Numbered from the stretch's first letter, positions 15,278 to 23,755 are shown. The stretch: DNA of 25,618 nt from Nanobdellota archaeon (GCA_018812505.1 JAHJDK010000149.1:1-25618); one strand, 5' to 3'. Notes: generated by a model not told the origin, from the letters alone. Numbers and translations: made by a program.

Positions 15278-16219
15278 TTATTTTTTTGTCTCTAATTCTT
15301 TCTTCTTCTTTTCAAGATCTTCAAGCTTCTTGCCATTAAGCTTTTTTGCAAAGAAAGGTAAAAATATGTTTGCATTAGCAAGCCATAACAACAAACCGAC
15401 AACAATAGCAATTATTGCATATAGCAAGTATTGACTGTAAAAACTTGCAAGTTGATCTGAAAGAACACTTACGATTTTTGTAATCATTTTTTGAGGATCT
15501 ATAGGAATATCCCCTCCAACAATCTTTGAAAGGTCTAACTTTCCAAAAACCCATCCAAGAGCATTTGTCTTGGCAAGAATATATGGAAATATGAATATTG
15601 CAGAGACAAAGAAAACCAGTTTTCTGGCAATGTAATCTGATAGTATCAACAAGTCATTATTAATCAAGTACAATATTAATAACAAAACAAAAATGCCTAT
15701 TAGTAGGTATAAGTTTAAAAAAATACTTTTCTCCTTTAATTCATCAATAGAATTACCAGCATCAGTGATTGTTTCACCAAGGCTTTCAGCAATTTGAACA
15801 GCGGCATCTTCTTCAAAAGAATCCATTTTAACATCCAGAACTGCATCAATCATTGTTTCACGGTCAAGACTTCCATTAGCACATTCTCTTTCAAAAACAA
15901 ACAGTACATCTTCATCATCAGTTTCTATTTGGTCTGAATATTCGCAAAGGTCTCCTTCAGGCAACTCATCAAGATTGTGTTCAACCATAACATCCTGAAT
16001 ATCATCATCCGAGAGCATATCATCAACGTTTTCAATCACAACAGATGCCAATTCAGAAGATAAGTTTTCAGCGTTATCCTCAAAATGCTTTATCGTGCTT
16101 TCAGAAACAGTTAAGGTTAACAATAAAATAAGAACTAAACTTAGACCAAGAATTAAAAATGCGTTTATCAAGCGATTATACCACTGAAGCTTTCGTTTTT
16201 TATAGTCACTAATTTTCAT
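15278..16219 (-). CDS. Hypothetical multi-pass membrane protein with an acidic soluble loop
   Basis: N-terminal TM (AFLILGLSLVLILLLTL), a D/E-rich domain, then about three further hydrophobic segments and a basic C-tail. Confidence 0.75.
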   Translation of the reverse strand: MKISDYKKRKLQWYNRLINAFLILGLSLVLILLLTLTVSESTIKHFEDNAENLSSELASVVIENVDDMLSDDDIQDVMVEHNLDELPEGDLCEYSDQIETDDEDVLFVFERECANGSLDRETMIDAVLDVKMDSFEEDAAVQIAESLGETITDAGNSIDELKEKSIFLNLYLLIGIFVLLLILYLINNDLLILSDYIARKLVFFVSAIFIFPYILAKTNALGWVFGKLDLSKIVGGDIPIDPQKMITKIVSVLSDQLASFYSQYLLYAIIAIVVGLLLWLANANIFLPFFAKKLNGKKLEDLEKKKKELETKK

Positions 16220-16291
16220 CTAGAATTTTTTGTAAGTAATCATTTAAAAAGTTTTTCAAAAAGCTTGTAAAGAAAGTTTATTTTGTTATTC

Positions 16292-16711
16292 TTAATTAGA
16301 ATAGGCTGTGTGAAAAGATTTTTCTTTTGCATCCATTTTTATTCTCCAAACCTTACACTCTAACTTATATGCTTCTGTGAAGATTGGTTCATAGTTGGAA
16401 TTAATGATTCTCTTTAGAAATCTACTTCTATATTTAGAATCTATATTATTAACCAGACGCTTTAGCTCATGTTCTACATTTTTAGCATCATCCCTTACCA
16501 ATTCATAGTCCACTGCAGTAACTGACTCACTCAGCCTAGATATTAAGTTAGAAACTTTATCTTTGTATATTTTAATAGTAGATTTATAATTTGCTATGTC
16601 GCCAGAAACAGGTTTGGAACCATTTGATTCTGAATTTTTAACTTTTATTTTTACATTTTTAAGCGCATTAAATTCCAGTGCTATTCGTAAAACTTCCTTG
16701 TCCAAAGTCAC
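16292..16711 (-). CDS. Helical protein with shared leader (MTLDKEVLRIALEFNALKNVKIKV); paralog of the N-half of 16751-17674
   Basis: GTG start. Aligns along its full length to the neighbour (SKYRSRFLKRIINSNYEPIF vs SKYRTKVLKRVINPAYESIF). Confidence 0.75.
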   Translation of the reverse strand: MTLDKEVLRIALEFNALKNVKIKVKNSESNGSKPVSGDIANYKSTIKIYKDKVSNLISRLSESVTAVDYELVRDDAKNVEHELKRLVNNIDSKYRSRFLKRIINSNYEPIFTEAYKLECKVWRIKMDAKEKSFHTAYSN

Positions 16712-16718
16712 ATCATTG

Positions 16719-16750
16719 GTAATGCTTGCAGGTTTTTAAAGGTTATAGAA
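16719..16750 (-). repeat. Duplicated 32-bp promoter segment (second copy at 17682-17713)
   Basis: gtaatgcttgcaggtttttaaaggttatagaa vs gtaatgcttacaagtttttaaaggttatagaa, 2 mismatches. Contains TTTAAAAA on the minus strand upstream of both GTG starts. Confidence 0.85.
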
Positions 16751-17674
16751 TCAATAATACTTTTTATTGGATTTTCTGGCAATGTAGATACCTGTTGCTA
16801 ATCCAATCACAGCACCTGATATCATGCCATGAATTGTTAAATCAGAACCTGATGAGTTCATAGCCATTTCGTGACAGACACTTCCTAAGCCTACAGCTCC
16901 AATAAAAGTACCTAATCCTCCATATAAAACATATTTTCCGGCTTTTACAAGACATCTAAAAACAGGTTTAAAGTCAACATCTTCAATCAGGTAAGGAAAC
17001 ATTGCACCTATAATACCTGAAAAACCAGTCATTATAGCTATTATTGCTCCTTGATCTTTATCTCCGTTAATTGTAACTTTACTTAAATAATAAGTACCTA
17101 TACCTCCTCCTGTTGCAAATAAAAGAGTTCTTGCAATACCCCATTTTAATCTGGAGCTTATATTTAATCCAGGTTCATAATAATTTTTTTCTGGCTCATC
17201 ATTAATTAATGAATTTAAAGAATTAGTAACAGAAGGTTTATATTTGCGCTCATATTTATAAGCTCGAGCTGCAGAATTAGATTTCTCTTCTGCATCAAGT
17301 TTTATTATCCAAGCCTTACCTTCTAAAGAATCAGCTCTTTTAAAAATAGACTCGTATGCAGGATTAATCACTCTTTTTAGAACTTTAGTTCTGTACTTTG
17401 AACCTATTTCATCGACCAAATGCATTAATTTAGTTCCTATCTTATCAGAATCTGACTTTAGCGTTAAAAAATCTTCTGCATAGATGGCTTCTCTCATTTC
17501 AGATGTTAAACTTGAAATTTTTTTTTTATATCCTTTAAGTATTGATTCATAGCTCGTAATATCATCAAGAATAACTTGTGAAACCTCAGGCGCAGGTTCT
17601 TCAACTCTTATCTTTGCATTTTCAAGTGCTTTAAACTCTAATTCTATTTTTAGAATCTCTTTGTCTAATGGCAC
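16751..17674 (-). CDS. Leader-bearing protein (MPLDKEILKIELEFKALENAKIRV) with a helical domain and four Gly-rich C-terminal TM segments
   Basis: GIARTLLFATGGGIGTYYL, GAIIAIMTGFSGIIGAMF, YGGLGTFIGAVGLG and GMISGAVIGLATGIYIA (GxxxG-rich). Confidence 0.8.
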   Translation of the reverse strand: MPLDKEILKIELEFKALENAKIRVEEPAPEVSQVILDDITSYESILKGYKKKISSLTSEMREAIYAEDFLTLKSDSDKIGTKLMHLVDEIGSKYRTKVLKRVINPAYESIFKRADSLEGKAWIIKLDAEEKSNSAARAYKYERKYKPSVTNSLNSLINDEPEKNYYEPGLNISSRLKWGIARTLLFATGGGIGTYYLSKVTINGDKDQGAIIAIMTGFSGIIGAMFPYLIEDVDFKPVFRCLVKAGKYVLYGGLGTFIGAVGLGSVCHEMAMNSSGSDLTIHGMISGAVIGLATGIYIARKSNKKYY

Positions 17675-17716
17675 AATAAAAGTAATGCTTACAAGTTTTT
17701 AAAGGTTATAGAAATA

Positions 17717-18115
17717 TTATAGTATTAGTGTTTTCTTAACTATGTCTCTGTCTGGTTTTGGAGCTAGTTCTTTATAGTTGTCTATTGGAATCCATTTCAG
17801 CTCTGCAGCTTCTAACTTCTTAATAGTTCCTTTCCACTCTTCAACTTTGAAGTAATGTATTTCAAAAATTGAGTCCGGCAGGTATGCGTGTTTGTCAGTT
17901 TCAATCCCTAAGAATGTCATGCTTATAGGTTCTACATCAAGTTCTTCTCTTATCTCTCTCATGGCTGCTTGCTCCGCAGTCTCTCCTTCTTCAAAAGTTC
18001 CTCCTGGTATCGCTATAACTCCAGAATACACTTTTTTCGTGTCTGCACGTTTCTCAACAAGCATCAGTCCATTTTTTAACAGCAGGAATGCAGCACACTT
18101 AATTATTTTAACCAT
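17717..18115 (-). CDS. Nudix hydrolase (MutT-like)
   Basis: Nudix box GGTFEEGETAEQAAMREIREELDV. Confidence 0.93.
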   Translation of the reverse strand: MVKIIKCAAFLLLKNGLMLVEKRADTKKVYSGVIAIPGGTFEEGETAEQAAMREIREELDVEPISMTFLGIETDKHAYLPDSIFEIHYFKVEEWKGTIKKLEAAELKWIPIDNYKELAPKPDRDIVKKTLIL

Positions 18116-18263
18116 GACTGTAGCGGTTTAAAATTGTTTTAAAAAGGTTTCGAAAAGATAGGTTTCGCTTATAGCAACAAAATACTGTAATCACTTAAAA
18201 GTGATAAAAATAGAAAAATTTATAAAGGTAAACTTATTCATAAACTAAAAATTGGTGATATCT

Positions 18264-18824
18264 ATGGATAATGATAAAACAACAAGCAAAAAAATTAAAG
18301 TGCCTGAAGTATTTAAGGTAGCAGAAAGAAAAGGATTATTGCACGAAGAACCGGGTGACGATATTTTCGGCGCACCATTCAAAAGCTATGTTTCTCATTC
18401 TAACAACGGCGGATTCTATCAAGTCGGACACACCGAAGATATGAACGGACCTGAGGCAGGACCAGGAACCTACTGGGAAAGAGTAATCTTTAGCAATATT
18501 GACAAATACATCCAAGTTAGTATAGATCCAAATAAAAGAATTGTAACAAACATCTCAGTTCAGGACACATCTATAAATAGCTTTAACATAGACAAAAGAG
18601 TTATACTAGAAAATGACAGAGTTAAAGGAACTATAAGCATACAATCAGGAGCATTTAAGTTACCTGAAGAATTAACTGATAAAATTGAAATGTATGAACA
18701 TAACGCAATTGAATTATACAACAAAGGCGTAGAAATATTCAATAACGCAGTTACACAATCAGAAGCACCCATAACATTAGGACTTGATTTGAAAGTTCAA
18801 GTAAACTTATATGATGAGAAATAA
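18264..18824 (+). CDS. Hypothetical protein
   Basis: Open frame with a GGTGA SD at 18254-18258 before the ATG at 18264 and TTTATAAA upstream. No family recognised. Confidence 0.7.
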   Translation: MDNDKTTSKKIKVPEVFKVAERKGLLHEEPGDDIFGAPFKSYVSHSNNGGFYQVGHTEDMNGPEAGPGTYWERVIFSNIDKYIQVSIDPNKRIVTNISVQDTSINSFNIDKRVILENDRVKGTISIQSGAFKLPEELTDKIEMYEHNAIELYNKGVEIFNNAVTQSEAPITLGLDLKVQVNLYDEK

Positions 18825-18966
18825 TTATAAATTTAAATGATTTTTGAAGAAGAAAAATAAAATGAGTATAAAGAAATCTTGAGATTTCTGATTCCAAGAA
18901 TTCTATGTTGTATAATAGTTAACTATCTTCGAATTCTTGTTATCTAAAAAGACACACAGTGTGTTA

Positions 18967-18984
18967 TGCGGCGGCTGAGATTTG
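18967..18984 (-). other. Isolated tRNA 3'-end-like fragment (att-like), tRNA-Gly-like
   Basis: Minus strand reads CAAAT-CTCAG-CCGCCGC-A: partial T-loop, 5-nt T-stem strand, 7-nt acceptor strand and discriminator A. The rest of a tRNA is absent. Confidence 0.5.
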
Positions 18985-19037
18985 TATAAGATAATGTTCT
19001 CGTCAATAAATCTTTAATAAGTCACAAAAAGGTATAA

Positions 19038-19048
19038 TGCCCCGAGCG
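19038..19048 (+). repeat. TGCCCCGAGCG dispersed repeat, copy 1 (others at 21681-21691 and 23713-23723; variant at 20198-20208)
   Basis: Exact GC-rich 11-mer found three times, intergenic only. Its reverse complement CGC-TCGGGGC-A resembles a tRNA 3' end. Confidence 0.8.
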
Positions 19049-19182
19049 TAAAAGCAGACAAAAATTAACTCTTTTTATGTTTTTTTTGCAAAAATAGTTA
19101 ATTATATACTTAATTCCCACTACAATAGAAAAAATAAATGTAGAGGGAAAACTTTATAAACAAGTAAGTTTTACAAAAACAA

Positions 19183-20190
19183 ATGGCCTATATTCATAAA
19201 AAGAAAATTGGAGAAAAAACATACTACACATTAAGAATTTCTGTTAGAATAGGAGAAAAGGTTATAGCAAAAGATATTGAAGTATTAGGAACAGATATAT
19301 CAAACATAAAAATCGATGACTTAGAAAAGAAACATAGCAAAGAAATAAGAAAATCTTACTATACAATCAAAAAATTCTTAGAAAAAAACAGGTATGAAGA
19401 AGAATTAAAGAATCAAAAATTGAAAAAACAAGAATTACTAACAACAAATCAATTAATAAAAATAGAATCAACAAAGAAGCATTACCAAAATAAATTCTTA
19501 AAACTACACGAACTAACGCAAAAAGACATCCTAGAAATATTCCTAATAAGATTTGCAGTTAATACAACTGCAATAGAAGGAAACACAATAACATTAAAAG
19601 AAGCAATAAAACTATTCAAAGAAGATCAAATACCAAAAAATCATACCACAAGAGAAGTGTATGACTTGACAAATACAAAGAAAGTCTTTTATGAACTATT
19701 GGAAACTAAACAAGAAATAAACAAACAACTAATGATAAACATTCACGACAAACTATTAGACAATATCGACGAAAGAAAAGGATTTAGAAATCACGATATC
19801 CACATATTTGGGCAACCATTCAAACCAACACCAACACAATTTGTTAGAAGGGATTTAGATTTACTGTTAGAATGGTATAAAAAAAACAAAAAGCAATTAC
19901 ATCCATTAGTATTAGCGACACTATTTCATCACAAATTTGAGAGCATACACCCATTTAGCGATGGAAACGGACGAACAGGAAGAATGATGATGAATTTAAT
20001 AATGATGCAAAACGATTATCCACCAATAGTTATTGAAAGAAGAAATAGAAAAGAATATTTAGATGCAATGAGCGAAGCAGATAAAGCAACAAAAAAAGAT
20101 TTGAAATCAAACAAACAAGAATATTTGAAGTTAATAGAATTTACAACAGAACAATTAGTAAAATCTTATTGGGACATATTTTTATTCTAA
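19183..20190 (+). CDS. Fic-domain protein (AMPylase-like) with an internal inhibitory helix
   Basis: Canonical HPFSDGNGRTGR. (S/T)xxxE(G/N) motif TTAIEGN lies N-terminal to the Fic core. TTTATAAA at 19153-19160. Confidence 0.93.
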   Translation: MAYIHKKKIGEKTYYTLRISVRIGEKVIAKDIEVLGTDISNIKIDDLEKKHSKEIRKSYYTIKKFLEKNRYEEELKNQKLKKQELLTTNQLIKIESTKKHYQNKFLKLHELTQKDILEIFLIRFAVNTTAIEGNTITLKEAIKLFKEDQIPKNHTTREVYDLTNTKKVFYELLETKQEINKQLMINIHDKLLDNIDERKGFRNHDIHIFGQPFKPTPTQFVRRDLDLLLEWYKKNKKQLHPLVLATLFHHKFESIHPFSDGNGRTGRMMMNLIMMQNDYPPIVIERRNRKEYLDAMSEADKATKKDLKSNKQEYLKLIEFTTEQLVKSYWDIFLF

Positions 20191-20197
20191 ATAAAAG

Positions 20198-20208
20198 TGC
20201 CCCAAGCA
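20198..20208 (+). repeat. Variant repeat copy TGCCCCAAGCA
   Basis: 9/11 match to TGCCCCGAGCG, 7 nt after the fic stop. Confidence 0.55.
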
Positions 20209-20278
20209 TAATCAACATATTTTCTTAAGAGAATAATTAAAACCTATGTGTTATAAAGCCATTCTACATCTGCATTCT

Positions 20279-21610
20279 ATGGAAAAAGTGTGTGTTGGTA
20301 TAAAAAAAGAAACAGGTCATGTTGATGAGCGACGAGTAGTATTAACACCAGACCATGTTAAAAAGCTCATTAAAGAGCATGATATTGCTGTTATTGTTCA
20401 ACCTTCAAAGTTGCGTATTTTTAAGGATGCAGAATATAGAGCTGCAGGTGCAACTATATCTAGTAATCTGGAATCTTGTAAGGTTATTTTAGGTGTAAAA
20501 GAAGTTCCAGCTAAAGAATTAATGGCAGATAAAACATATCTGTTTTTTTCCCACACAATCAAAGGCCAAAAATATAATATGGGCATGCTCAAACAAATTC
20601 TAAAGAAAAAAATTACTTTAATTGATTATGAATTAGTAAAGCGAGATAATGGAAGAAGAGTAGTTTTCTTTGGTGATTATGCAGGTTATGTTGGAATGAT
20701 TAATGCCTTATGGACATTTGGTAAAAGATTAAAATGGGAAGGGGTTGAAAATCCTTTTGAAGAATTACAACAAACATGTACATATGATAGTTTAGCTGAA
20801 ATAAAAAAAGTTATTAAAAACATAGGTAAAAAAATCAAAAAAGAAGGACTACCAAATCAATTAGCACCACTCGTTGTTGGATTCACAGGATTTGGAAGAG
20901 TTTCAAAAGCATCACAAGAAATCATAAGATTACTGCCATCCATAAACATACCTGCTGATGAACTAGGGGAATTTTATAGAAAAGGAAAATTTTCAAACGG
21001 AGTAATATACATTGTTGAATTTAAAAAATCAGATATGCTTATGAAAAAAGAAGGAGGTAATTTTGACAGCTACTTATACCGAAAATACCCTGATCAATTT
21101 ACAAGTAAATTTGAAAAGTTTATACCCTACCTAAGCATAATAGTTAATGGGATATATTGGGAACCACAATTTCCAAGACTAGTAACATTAAGTTATATGA
21201 AACAATTCTACGAATTCAATCCAAATCCAAAACTAAGAGTGATAGCTGATATAAGTTGTGATATAAGTGGATCAATAGAACTAACAACAAAATCAACGAC
21301 AAGTGAAAACCCCGTATATGTATATGAACCATTAACAGATAAAGTAACAGATGGAGTAGAAGGCTTTGGACCAGTAATACTAGCACAAGATAAACTACCT
21401 ATAGAACTGCCCAAAGAATCATCCCAATCATTTGGAAATGCATTATTACAATACATACCTCAACTAGCTAGAGCAGATTATAGCAAAGAAAGACTAGAAT
21501 TGAATATACCAAAAGTATTCAAGAAAGCAGTAATCGCACATCAAGGAGAACTAGCTAAAAGATATCATCACCTGCATGCATATATAGATAAAAAAGAAAG
21601 GAAGAAATAG
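20279..21610 (+). CDS. Lysine-ketoglutarate reductase / saccharopine dehydrogenase-like protein (AlaDH/PNT superfamily)
   Basis: GIKKE....ERRVVLTP, ILGVKEVP, FFSHTIKGQ.YNM.ML, LIDYE, FGDYAGYVG, NGIYW..QFPRLV and IADISCDI.GSIE. The TATA at 20251-20258 favours the ATG at 20279 over 20246. Confidence 0.85.
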   Translation: MEKVCVGIKKETGHVDERRVVLTPDHVKKLIKEHDIAVIVQPSKLRIFKDAEYRAAGATISSNLESCKVILGVKEVPAKELMADKTYLFFSHTIKGQKYNMGMLKQILKKKITLIDYELVKRDNGRRVVFFGDYAGYVGMINALWTFGKRLKWEGVENPFEELQQTCTYDSLAEIKKVIKNIGKKIKKEGLPNQLAPLVVGFTGFGRVSKASQEIIRLLPSINIPADELGEFYRKGKFSNGVIYIVEFKKSDMLMKKEGGNFDSYLYRKYPDQFTSKFEKFIPYLSIIVNGIYWEPQFPRLVTLSYMKQFYEFNPNPKLRVIADISCDISGSIELTTKSTTSENPVYVYEPLTDKVTDGVEGFGPVILAQDKLPIELPKESSQSFGNALLQYIPQLARADYSKERLELNIPKVFKKAVIAHQGELAKRYHHLHAYIDKKERKK

Positions 21611-21680
21611 GTTATAGTCAAATAGTTCAAAGTAATGGTTGTTTCTAAAAATGTCCTACTTAGTAACCAAAATAAGAATA

Positions 21681-21691
21681 TGCCCCGAGCG
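21681..21691 (+). repeat. TGCCCCGAGCG dispersed repeat copy
   Basis: Exact match, intergenic, 70 nt after the stop at 21610. Confidence 0.8.
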
Positions 21692-21742
21692 ATATTAAAG
21701 TACGTTTTCGTTCCCTTCGCCTACTTCTTAAAAAAATATATT

Positions 21743-22036
21743 TTATACGTAGAATGATACGATGTTCTCGAATCGTTCTAAGTAAGTCGTTGTTGCTCTT
21801 TCGAGTTTTTTAGACTCTAAGTAAGCTCTTGTAATTGCTAGGAATAAGAATCCCATATTATTAAAGTTGCTTATTTCTATCCAGAGTTCTTTTTCGTCTT
21901 TGACATAGAACTCTTCGTTTTCATCTTCGGTTTCGTAAGGAATATCCTCTGCAGCAAAAACCCCTCTATGACTATCATGGATAAGTCTCACTTCAAGTTT
22001 CACAATTCTGGTTTTATCCATAAAGTTCACATCCAA
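21743..22036 (-). CDS. Small hypothetical protein, weakly HicB-like
   Basis: VKLEVRLIHDSHRGVFAAEDIP...AITRAYLE loosely resembles the HicB N-terminal pattern. TTTATATA lies upstream on the minus strand. Confidence 0.45.
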   Translation of the reverse strand: MDVNFMDKTRIVKLEVRLIHDSHRGVFAAEDIPYETEDENEEFYVKDEKELWIEISNFNNMGFLFLAITRAYLESKKLERATTTYLERFENIVSFYV

Positions 22037-22207
22037 TAGTTCTGGGCGAATATTTAAAGTTGGTTATATAAATCTTGTGGAAGAATGAAGAGTGATGATT
22101 AGCTTCTTTGGTTAATCTGGAACTTGTTCAAAACAATAGATTTAAAAGTATGTATGATAGGTTCATTCTTTAGACATAAACGCTTTTAAAAAAACAGAGA
22201 TGCAACT

Positions 22208-23692
22208 ATGAACCAAACTCAATCTTCTAGAACGGAATTAGACTATATATACTTAACGCTAAAAAACTTAACAATTCTGACTAACATTTCAGCTCTGCTG
22301 AACTGGAATCAAAGCACATATATGCCTTTAGCAGCAGCAAGTGGTAGAGGGGAACAGATAAAACTTATAGAATCAATAATACACAAGAAATGGAAGAGTA
22401 AGAGAGTTATTGAGGCATATGAGAAAGCAAATAAAGAAAGTATGACACAAAAAGACTGCCTTGTACTGAAAATGTTTGGTAAAGAATTAACAAAAAGGAA
22501 CAAAGTGCCTGTAACATTCACTGAAAGATTAGGAATGGCAAGGGCTCTATCCGAATCCGCATGGCAGAATGCAAAGAAAAATAATAATTTTGAATTATTC
22601 CAAGACCATCTCAAAAAACTCGTGAGTTTGAAACAGGAATACGCCAAATACATAAACAAGGAAAAATTACCTTATGATGCACTCCTTAATGAGTATGAGG
22701 AGGGTATGACTTCAGAAAGGCTTAATGTGATGTTTGCATACCTCAAGTCTGAGTTGGTAACATTAAGAAAAAAAGTCATACAATTCCAGACTTCAATAAA
22801 AAAACCCTTAATTAAACGTACAGAACACCGAAAACTAATTGAAGAGTTTATACAAACAAAATTGTTGATTGATAAGAATTCGCTGGCAATAAATGTGTCA
22901 ATGCATCCATTTACCATTAGAGTTTCCAAAAATGATGTCAGGATAACCTCCCGGTTCAGAAGCATAGATTCTTTCTTTTCAGCGATACATGAAGCCGGAC
23001 ATGCACTGTATGAGTTGGGCCTGCCTAAAGACTACTATTACACTCAAGTCTATTCTGCTCCAAGTACAGGACTTGATGAATCACAAGCAATGTTATGGGA
23101 GAATAATATATGCAAAAACATTCATTTCTGGCATCATTTCTATAAAGAATATAAAGAGAGAACAGAGATAACCGGAAACTTAGAAGAATTTTACAAGTAC
23201 ATAAATCTGGTGAAGAATGATCAGTTAAGAGTGGATGCCGACGAGATAAGCTTTATATTGCATATTATTATAAGGTATGAAATAGAAAGAGATATGATTA
23301 ATGGTGTTCTGAAACCTGTTGATGCTAAAAAAGAATGGAACAACAAATGCAGGGAACTGTTAGGTAAAGAACCAGTAAATGACTTTGAAGGCATATTACA
23401 GGATATACACTGGGCAGGAGGAGACTTCGGATATTTTCCTTCATATGCTATAGGAATGATATATGCTTCACAAATCTATAGAAAAATGAATGAAGAAATA
23501 AACGCTGATAAATTACTGGAAGAAGAAAATTATGAACTCATACTTAACTGGCTAAAAGAACATATTTACTCCAAAGGACTAGTTAAGTCTGCTGATGACA
23601 CGGTAAAAGAAGTGTGTGGTCAGGGACTAAACCCAAAAATATTCATAGAATACCTAAAAGGAAAATACTCGAAAATAATAATGCTCTTCTAA
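22208..23692 (+). CDS. Carboxypeptidase, peptidase family M32 (Taq/Pfu carboxypeptidase type)
   Basis: HPF, DVRIT, HEAGH (HEXXH), LRVDADE, IRYEIE and GILQDIHWAGGDFGYFPSY. Confidence 0.95.
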   Translation: MNQTQSSRTELDYIYLTLKNLTILTNISALLNWNQSTYMPLAAASGRGEQIKLIESIIHKKWKSKRVIEAYEKANKESMTQKDCLVLKMFGKELTKRNKVPVTFTERLGMARALSESAWQNAKKNNNFELFQDHLKKLVSLKQEYAKYINKEKLPYDALLNEYEEGMTSERLNVMFAYLKSELVTLRKKVIQFQTSIKKPLIKRTEHRKLIEEFIQTKLLIDKNSLAINVSMHPFTIRVSKNDVRITSRFRSIDSFFSAIHEAGHALYELGLPKDYYYTQVYSAPSTGLDESQAMLWENNICKNIHFWHHFYKEYKERTEITGNLEEFYKYINLVKNDQLRVDADEISFILHIIIRYEIERDMINGVLKPVDAKKEWNNKCRELLGKEPVNDFEGILQDIHWAGGDFGYFPSYAIGMIYASQIYRKMNEEINADKLLEEENYELILNWLKEHIYSKGLVKSADDTVKEVCGQGLNPKIFIEYLKGKYSKIIMLF

Positions 23693-23712
23693 ACACCTAT
23701 ATGAAAAAATAA

Positions 23713-23723
23713 TGCCCCGAGCG
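23713..23723 (+). repeat. TGCCCCGAGCG dispersed repeat copy
   Basis: Exact match, 20 nt after the carboxypeptidase stop and just before the truncated corA. Confidence 0.8.
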
Positions 23724-23755
23724 AACTAATCATAAAAAAATATATTCGAAAATAA

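Noticed and set aside
15278-16219. Membrane protein as the cognate anti-sigma factor
   Set aside because: It is convergent rather than co-transcribed, is multi-pass, and has no N-terminal cytoplasmic anti-sigma or HxxxCxxC domain.
4151-17674. Leader-encoding DNA as IS ends or site-specific recombination sites
   Set aside because: Differences between copies are often synonymous, there are no terminal inverted repeats or target duplications, and no transposase or recombinase is in the window.
18967-18984. Intact tRNA gene
   Set aside because: Only the 3' 18 nt fit. No D-arm, anticodon arm or complementary 5' acceptor strand is present upstream on the minus strand.
19038-23723. TGCCCCGAGCG as a retroelement primer-binding site, or as micro-ORFs (MPRA...)
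   Set aside because: A site complementary to a mature tRNA would be preceded by TGG (CCA complement), which is absent, and no reverse transcriptase is present. The micro-ORFs differ in length and mostly stop within 1-2 codons of the motif.
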